Below, piece after piece: positions 55,791 to 64,000 of a DNA stretch of 64,000 nucleotides. The notes beneath the pieces are model-generated. The model did no database searches. It worked only from the letters and a program-made list of their open reading frames with translations, and was not told the DNA's origin. The stretch is taken from the NCBI RefSeq assembly GCF_006345805.1, contig NC_042999.1, forward strand, positions 51,336,001-51,400,000, given 5' to 3'. The stretch's first letter is position 1. Each line of letters starts with the position of its first letter. The stretch comes from Octopus sinensis (Eukaryota). Position numbers and translations under genes: made by a program.

Positions 55791-58700
55791 TACTCTACCA
55801 CTTGTATTTGAGTACTCTTTTTTCCACCTTGTTTCACATTTATATGTTTACTCCGGTATATATATATATATATATATATATATCATCATCATCATTTAAC
55901 GTCCATTTTCCGTGCTACCATGGGTTGGACGGTTTGACCGGGGTCTGCACCAGGCTCCAGTCTGATCTGGCAGTGTTTCTACAGCTGGATACTCTTCCTA
56001 ATGCCAACCACTCCATGAGTGTAGTGAGTGCTTTTTACGTGCCACCAGCACAGGTGCCAGGGGAGGCTGGCAACAACCACAATCGGTTGGTGCTTTTTCC
56101 ATGCCACCGGCACAGAAACCAGTCAAGGTATATATATATATAAAGACACAGATAAAAGTAGCCAAGTATCCTCTGTTGTAACACAGCCCTCTCACTCTGT
56201 CTCTTTGCTTCTTTGTCCTACTGGAGTAGTCAAGTACCTTCTCTGTAGTATGACAGCTATCCCTAACTCTTGAATCATACTCCAACCTCTCACCTGGCAC
56301 ATGGCCACTTCTTTCAGTTCCTCACTCTATCTCAGCTGAGACATCCATCTCTTACAAGCCACTTGGCAACCTCAAAGGTACTGGTGCCACGTAAAAAGCG
56401 TCCATATTGGCGCCATGTAAAAAGGTACCAGTGTTGGTACCATGTAAAAAGCATCTGCTACACTCTGTAAAATGGTTAGCTTTAGGAAAGGTAGCCAACT
56501 GTAGAAACTATGCCAAAACAGATGATTTGGGCATGGTGCAACCCTCCAGCTTGCCAACTCCCATCAAACTATCCAACCCATGCCAGCATGGAAAACAGAT
56601 ATCAAATGATGATGATGATGATGATACATACATAGATAAGACAACTACAGATGAATACACACACACACACACGTATATGTACATAAATTATCATCCTCAA
56701 CTTAAATGTCCATGTTTCACACCAAACATATAATTTGATAAGGGTCTGATGAGTCCGAAGACTGCACTGTGCTCCATTGTCTGCCATAGCAGGGTTTCTA
56801 TGGTTGGATGCCTTTCCTAATGTCACTCACTTTACAGTATGTAGTGAGTGATTTTTTGTGCCAATGGTACTACCGAGGTCACCATGTACCTCACAGGTCT
56901 ACAAAACCCAAGACGTGAAGAGTGCATCCTTATGTTAGATACGGGTTAAAATATGAGAGAAGTTAGGAGTAGAGTATGTTCTTATTGCAGAAGAGCTACA
57001 TGACCACTCACAATATATTGTCAAAATGATACAAAAGGAAATACTTACGACATGGTGGGATCTTTAGAATATTATTTTGAATTAAAAAAGGTCCTGAAAA
57101 TATAAAGAAAGAGTAAAAGAATTAAAGCTGATAAATTTGTAGGTGGGTTGTAATCTGGGGGAAGAGAATGCAAATGGGGTGGAGGAGTTGGATGGTAAAC
57201 TCTAGGATTTCAATAATCATTGTCATTTGACCCCAGTTCAGCCCCTTGCTCAGCAGATCATCATTATCATCATCATCATTTAACATCCGTTTTCCAAGTT
57301 GGCACGAGTTGGACAGATTGACAGGAGTTGCGAAGCTGGACAGCTGCATCCCTTTCCAATTTTGTGTTTTGGCAAGGTCTCTACAACTGGACGCCCTTCC
57401 TAATGCCAAATACTTAACAGAGTGTACTGGGTGCTTTTTATGTGGCACCTGTATGGATCTATAATCAAAAAAAGGTTTCATCTTGGACTACACATGCTTT
57501 TCTTAGAAGAATACTATATGATTTGGGGAAGATTTGGCTGCTTTCTGTCATCAAGGATCTATGAAATTTTGGAACCCTGTTGATGAAGTCTAAAAACTTT
57601 AATGAAACAAAAATTATTTTATTTGTTTAAGACCAAAACTATAAAGACTTTGATTATAGATGTTCCATGTCCACATGTTCTCGTAGATCTGTAATTTAGC
57701 CATGGTACTAAAAGGCTCTTTCAAAAATTCATTAAAGAAACTAATTAACATATTTAATAGCACCTGCTTAATTAGTGATTGGTGGGAGGGGATCATCATA
57801 TATCAAACACTGAATAATTAATAATAATGAAGATGGTCAATTATAGAGATAATGGTAAAATGTTACTACAGTATAGGTAATAAATACTACAATTGAACAC
57901 AACAGGGAATAAGCAGATTAGATTTTCTACCCAAAAGTTCTGCTAATTTCTGGGTCTTATTTATTTTGAGTTAATCCTAGTATAAAGCACCAGGAATGGT
58001 TTGCAATTGTCTTCCCCAGGCAAATATGTTTTACTGTATAACATGAGCAACTTCATTCTTCCATTATTCATTCTTCCTTTACAACTTTTCTAGCACACTG
58101 GCATTCTACTTTTCTTGTCAACGGTAATAATGTGGTTTTGCTGACATGTAGACAACATGAGACATACCCTCAACTGCATGTAGCAAAGATGAAACATCTA
58201 TGTATGGTAGACAAAGTGCAGCATTTTCGCTGCAATGGTTTACCATTCAATGTGAAAAGCCATTGAGAGATAGAGGGAGGCTGATTATTGATAGGGGAGA
58301 TTATGGTGGTTAATGTTTTGGAGGAAACGAAAATGGTAATGGATGAGGAGAAAAGTGGAGTACAAGAGAAATAAGAGGAATGACAGTATCATACAGGGTT
58401 AGATTAAATGTACATGTAGTGGTAGTAGATTGAGAGAAGTGAGGGAGAGGAAAAAGAGGCTGATCATTGGTTACTAACTCCAGTGGCAAATGGCTTCTTT
58501 TGATATGATACAGAATGTGCATTATTTGGTGAGCATCGTTGTTTGTGAGGTTTACTGAAGTCTTTTAGGGTCAGCAGCTGAAGAAATAATGTCTGGTCAA
58601 TGGAAGAGCATAAGGATTCTGTGAAAGGGTGGTCTGACAATTTGGAAACAAAAGAAGTGTCAGACGACAAAGACATAACAATACATGGATTGTATTTCTT

Positions 58701-59202
58701 TGAGATTGTATTTTAGTATTTTCATCAAACTAACTAGCCAAACTTCCATTTCAGGGTATTTTGGAAGTTCCCATTCACAGACAATATTTGGTAAGAGATG
58801 CTGAAACTGCATAATGAAATTTGAACATGGATGACTAGCAAAAAGATCCCCACCATTTTGCTATATCTATGTCAATGGTAGCTATTAGATTCTAGCTTTT
58901 GTTAACCAATGATGCTAACTTTCTTTTGCATTTTCTTTCATCTTCAGTCTAATATGTCCACTTTCCCCTACCCCAGGTATCTACATCTCTCTTGTCACCC
59001 TGTCTCCCCTTACACATCCTAAGCCAAATCCCACTTTCCAGAGAACTCCATCTCCTGGAAATCTCTCCCCTTCTACCCACATTTTACCTTTATCCATCTG
59101 TTTAATCAGCTCATAATTATACACCTCCAACCCCCAACACTAGGCTGTCTCTATCCCGAATCTGGGGTTACACAACCATTACAATCCAGCTAATTATGTA
59201 TA

Positions 59203-60999
59203 TCATCATCTTCATCATCATCACTGTTTAACGTCTGTTTTCCATGCTGGCATGGGTTGGACAGTTTGATTGAGGTCTGGAGAGCCCAGCAGCTGCACCA
59301 GGCTTCAATCTGATCTACAGCTGGATGCCCTTCCTAACACCAACCACTTTGAGAGTGTAGTGGGTCCTTTTTACATACCACTGGTACAGGAGCCAGTCAG
59401 GCAAGCCTGGCATTGATCACATTTGGATAGTGCTTTTTACATGCCACTGGCACAAGAACCAGTGAGTGGGTACTGGCATCATCTACATTCAGAGGATGCC
59501 TTTTATGTGCCACCGGAATGGGGGCCAGTCAAGGGGCACTGGACACAGCTGAAACTTTGGTTTTATTTGACTCAACAGGTCTTCTCAAGCATATCATATC
59601 GCCTGACACATCACGGGTACTCTTAAATGGGCCAAATATGCAACACTGGCATCGGCTATGGCTGCGATCTCACTTTAGTTGCCAGGTCTTCTCAATCACA
59701 GCATATTTCCAAAGGTCTCGATTTCCTGTCATTGCCTCTTTGAAGCCCAATGTTCGATGGTCATGCTTCACTATCTCATCCCATGTCTTCCTGGTTCTAC
59801 CTTTTCTACAGGTTCCTTCCACAGGAAGTGGCACTTCCTCACACAGTTGCCCTCATCCATACATAACACATGACCATACCAGTGCACATTTGATGCTTCT
59901 TATGTCCAACTTTTCTCTCAGGGCACTTACACTCTGTTGTGTATGCACACTGACATTGCACATCCAGTGGATCATACTAGTTTCATTTCTTTCAAGCCTA
60001 CGCATGTCCTCAGTAGTCATGGTCCATGTTTCACTGCTGTGTAGTATGACAGTTCGCACACATGCATCATACAGTCTACCTTTCATCCTGAGCAAGAGGC
60101 TCTTAGTTGCCAGCTGAAGTAGGAGCTCCTGAACTTTACCTAGGCTATTCTTATTCTAGCCGCTACACTCTCAGAGCAACCACACTTAATACAGACTTGG
60201 TCACCTAGGTAGTGGAAGCTATCAACTACTTCTAGTTTTTTCCCAATGGAATGTGATGGGATCTGTTTTCTGTACATCTTCAGGGTTTATTGCCCCTGTG
60301 CATCTGCCACACACAAAAACTATCTTCCCAGTTAACCTTCCTTTGATACTGCTGCACCTTTTATGTGTCCATACCTTACACCGGGTACATCATATGGAGT
60401 TTCTACCCATGCTTTTTCTACAGATCGAGCAGAGCCATCTACCTGAAAAGGTTTATAATTTCTCTGCCTTCCTACTTACTAAGACTTAGGTTTTTGCTAG
60501 GTTAACCCTAAGGCCCTTTGATTCTAGACCTTGCTTCCACAAGGTCATCAGCATAGAGGAGCTCCCAGGTGCAGCCTGTCTTGAATTCCTCTCTTATTGC
60601 CTGGAGGACTATAATGAATAAGAGGGGGCTGAGGACTGATCCTTGGTGAACCCCTACTTCTACACAGAATTCTTCACTATACTTGTTGCCAACCTTCACC
60701 TTACTGACAGCATTCCTGTACAATGCTTGTACAGCTCTTACTAACCACTCATCTATCCCCAGTTTCTGCATTGACTACCAGATAAGGGATTGGGGGGACC
60801 CTGTCAAAGACTTTCTCCAAGTCAACAAAAGCCAAGTGCAGAAGCTTATCTTTGGCTAGATATTTCTCCTGCAGTTGCCTTAGCAGAAATATAGCATCAG
60901 TGGTGCTTCTGTCTGGCACAAAACCAAACTGCATTTCATCTAGGCTAACTCTCTTCCTAATTTGTTGGGCTATGACCCTCTCTGTAACTTTCATCACCT
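59203..60999 (-). mobile_element. RTE LINE, 5'-truncated and degenerate (RT to 3' tail)
   Basis: ORFs 60749..60997 (QFGFVPDRSTTDAIF, LAFVDLEK), 60508..60771 (HQGSVLSPLLF, LLYADD) and 59853..60095; tail at 59203-59360. Confidence 0.9.
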
Positions 61000-61104
61000 G
61001 ATATATATATATATATATATATTTTACAATTTAAAAAAAATTACAGGCATCATATGAAAATGTTGGAGAGATTAAGAGTTTTCACAAAAAGTGTCTGATG
61101 TATC

Positions 61105-61810
61105 TTGAGAGTCAAGCAGGAAGGTTTCATATCAGATGCAGAAGTTTTGTGCATGGTATGCTGCAACTCGTTTGAACAAGTCATCTTGGCTCAAATGAGA
61201 TGGGCTGGATGTGTTATTAGAATGAAAGACAAGCAATTGCCAAAGCATCTTTTTTATGGTGAGCTCAACACTGGTAAGCAATCACAACATAAGCCAGGGG
61301 AAAGGTATAAAGACTTTTAAGAAAAACCTGAAGAAACTAGATATGAACAAAAACTGATGCTCTGGATTGGAACAAGTGGATAGGTGCTGTTAGGACTGGT
61401 TGCTGTGCCTGGAAGGAAAAAATGATTCAGTACTCTGAGCTTAAAAAGGCCTGTTGGCCTTTTTAACAACTGGAACCGAAATCAATAGTGAATATTGGAT
61501 ATGTATTGTGTGTGATCGTGTTATCAAAAGCAGGATACGTGAATCATATGAAGTTACATGAAAATCGAAATGCCCAGGTAGGTAATAATCTTGAACCCCA
61601 AACTGCCTCTTACAACTTGTGTCATGTATTGCAAAACTTGTAAGACAATATCTGGACTTATAAAACATATGCTAGTTCGCAAAAACATTCCTTCAGAATC
61701 AGATTCCAAAGGGCAAAGATGTAGAAGAAACTTGAATAATATCTGTCACTTGTGTTTTAAACCCTGTCAGTCAGCAGCTGATCTTAAAAGTCATCTGAAG
61801 GCTCATCAAC
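61105..61810 (+). mobile_element. Second RTE-type (BovB/RTE-1-like) LINE 3' relic with C-terminal C2H2 finger
   Basis: QMRWAGCVIRMKDKQLPKHLFYGEL...RYKD in ORF 61105..61320 and CHLCFKPCQSAADLKSHLKAH in ORF 61591..61950. Confidence 0.75.
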
Positions 61811-61873
61811 AAAGGGACTGTGCTGTGTGTATTGATGGGATGGCTAGCATCGGTCAAGATGAAGTAATCATTA

Positions 61874-62734
61874 TATTGGGTTGGCAAGAAAGTCATTTCA
61901 AAAATAGATTGAGTTATGATTTTTTTGAAAGACTTTTGTCAATGTTATGACTTTTTTTCCTTTTGACATTTGACAACCATTACTTTCAGCTTACTTTAGA
62001 AGCAAATTACGAGTAATTTTGTTCACAGCTGTTAGTTCAGTGTCAATTTTAACATGGGAGTGCAAAAACGAACATTTTCGCTATATTTTGCTTTTGTATT
62101 TACATAAAGGCAAGAAAGCAGCTGAGGCTCACAAAGCGATATGCGAAGTTTATGGTGTTGATTGCTTAACCCTTTAGTGTTCGCATTATTCTGCCAAAAT
62201 TAATCCTTTTTTATCAACATTACCTTGAACTAATCAGGCATTATCTTGGAGCTACGAGATTTTGATGAGGTAGCTGTTAATTTTTAAAACGATATTGTAG
62301 GGCTGGTGTGAGAGACCAGATCTGGCCAGTTTGAACATAAAACAGGTAGAATACTTTTGGCCGGATATGGCCAGTTTAAATGCTAAAGGGTTAACAGAAC
62401 ACACATATCAGAAATGGTATAAAAAATTCCGTTCTCGTCACATCCACCATATAGCCCTAACCTTGCACCATCAGATTATCATTTATTTCAAAGCTTGCAA
62501 AATTCTTTGAATGGTAAAACTTTCAATAATGATGATGACGTGAAATCGCACTTTCTTCAGTTTTTTGGCTGATAAGAACCAGAAGTTCCACGAGCGCAAA
62601 ATCATGAAGTTACCAGAAAGATGGCAAAAGGTCATTGAACAAAATGGAAAAAATAGAAGTGTTTAAAGTTCATTCTTTGTATTAATGACTTATTTTACAC
62701 TAACAATTGAAATTACTTTCTTGCCAACTATGTA
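61874..62734 (+). mobile_element. Internally deleted mariner (Tc1/mariner) element with both TIRs
   Basis: TIR tattgggttggcaagaaagtcatttc (61874) / gaaattactttcttgccaactatgta (to 62734). N-terminal EHFRYILLLYLHKGKKAAEAHKAICEVYG...QKWYKKFRS is fused to C-terminal HPPYSPNLAPSDYHLF...KLPERWQKVIEQNG. Confidence 0.9.
62170..62390. mobile_element. TTAA-flanked piggyBac-type MITE nested in the mariner
   Basis: TTAA|ccctttag...ctaaaggg|TTAA. Confidence 0.85.
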
Positions 62735-62748
62735 TGTTTGTGTGTATG

Positions 62749-62797
<49 letters not shown>

Positions 62798-64000
62798 CTC
62801 CAAATCAAACCAAATTCATAAATTCGATGACTGGCACCCGTGCCAGTGGAGCTCTAAAAGCACCATCCAAGCGTGATTGCTGCCAGAGCAGCTGACGGAC
62901 TTCCGTGCCAGTGGCACGTAAAAAAGCACCAGACTGGACACTCTCGGAGTGGTTGGCGTTAGGAAGGGCATCCAGCTGTAGAAACTCTGCCAGATCAGAT
63001 TGGAGCCTGGTGCAGCCATCTGGTTCGCCAGTCCTCAGTCATTATCAGCCAACCCATACTAGCATGGACAGCGGACATTAAACGATGATGATGATGATAT
63101 ATAAACTCCTATTAAAGCAATTTCCTGAAATCTTTGTTTCAGTCAAGTGTTACACTTTAACTAGAAACATTCAAGTCATAACACTAATTTCATCACCAAT
63201 CCCTGGAGGTAAGGAGATTCAGATGCAAGGTCAGACTGAATAAATTGACAATTGTTTACATGTAAGTGCGAGTGCTATTTATGTTAATTGATATGTCTTC
63301 GTCAGTGCCATGAATTAATAACTGCCATATGGAAACCTACAAATAATTCATCAGTTAAGCCCTTTCACTAAACTGAACGCACATTTTATTTCTGCAACTT
63401 TACTCCTGACAAAACTTTTCAAGCTAATCTCTCGCTAATATTGTCAATATTAATATTTTCATTATATTTTCTGTTAAATATATTTTCTTGTCAGCTGTTA
63501 GAAAAGTGCTCTCATATGGCTAAGAGTTGTTTACTAGCACCCTCTGTCACTTTAGTGGCAATTGTACTTGTTGCCTATCAGTTCTAAATTGCAAATAGCC
63601 ACCATAATAATATATATATATATACACACACACCCACACACATATTGTTATACTTGGGCACGGCCATCTTTCAGAAATTAAACACACACACACATACACA
63701 CCATTTAACTGATCTTCACTTTAGATTTATTATTACCATTGTTAGTTTATTTGTCAAAGTTATTTCACCACATATTCTGTGACCTCTTCAGCAAACTTCC
63801 TCTTGTCTTCTCTTCACCTGCCTATTCCGTTTTTGTCTTCCTGCAGTATGTATCCTTATCTGCACATGCATTTACATCTATATTTGTGTGTGAGGGTGTG
63901 TTGTGTGTATGTATATGGGTTTGTATATTACACTGTTTGTACCCATGCCTTATTTGTTTTTTTTCTTTCTTTGCCATTCTGTCTTCAGTCATCATTTTGC

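Overview
This is AT-rich, microsatellite-dense eukaryotic DNA. The repeat landscape (RTE LINE 3' ends with (GAT)n tails, several tRNA-derived SINEs, CR1, mariner, Helitron, TTAA MITEs) looks like a coleoid cephalopod, most likely Octopus; that assignment is inference. The main gene is ICA1/ICA69 (arfaptin-homology BAR protein) on the minus strand. It has 12 coding exons from 49876 to 19084, all with GT-AG sites and consistent phases, giving 561 aa, plus several candidate alternative exons in the low-complexity linker. A convergent, unidentified plus-strand gene contributes its last two coding exons (11550-11692, 13520-13591) and a TE-free 3' UTR. Most introns are TE relics, and nearly all ORFs in the supplied track are TE-derived or spurious. 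The most interesting observations are: (i) two long palindromes (30577-30894, 55621-55790) whose arms each carry a type I hammerhead-ribozyme-like motif with a palindromic helix III, as expected for Penelope-like pseudo-LTR relics; (ii) a 5S rRNA-derived head fused to the RTE 3' tail (SINE3-like chimera, 11183-11334); (iii) a tandem multimer of the RTE 3' end; (iv) candidate cassette, mutually exclusive and poison exons of ICA1; and (v) inverted RTE tails flanking ICA1 exons 5-6. All coordinates were read by hand and no database search was run.
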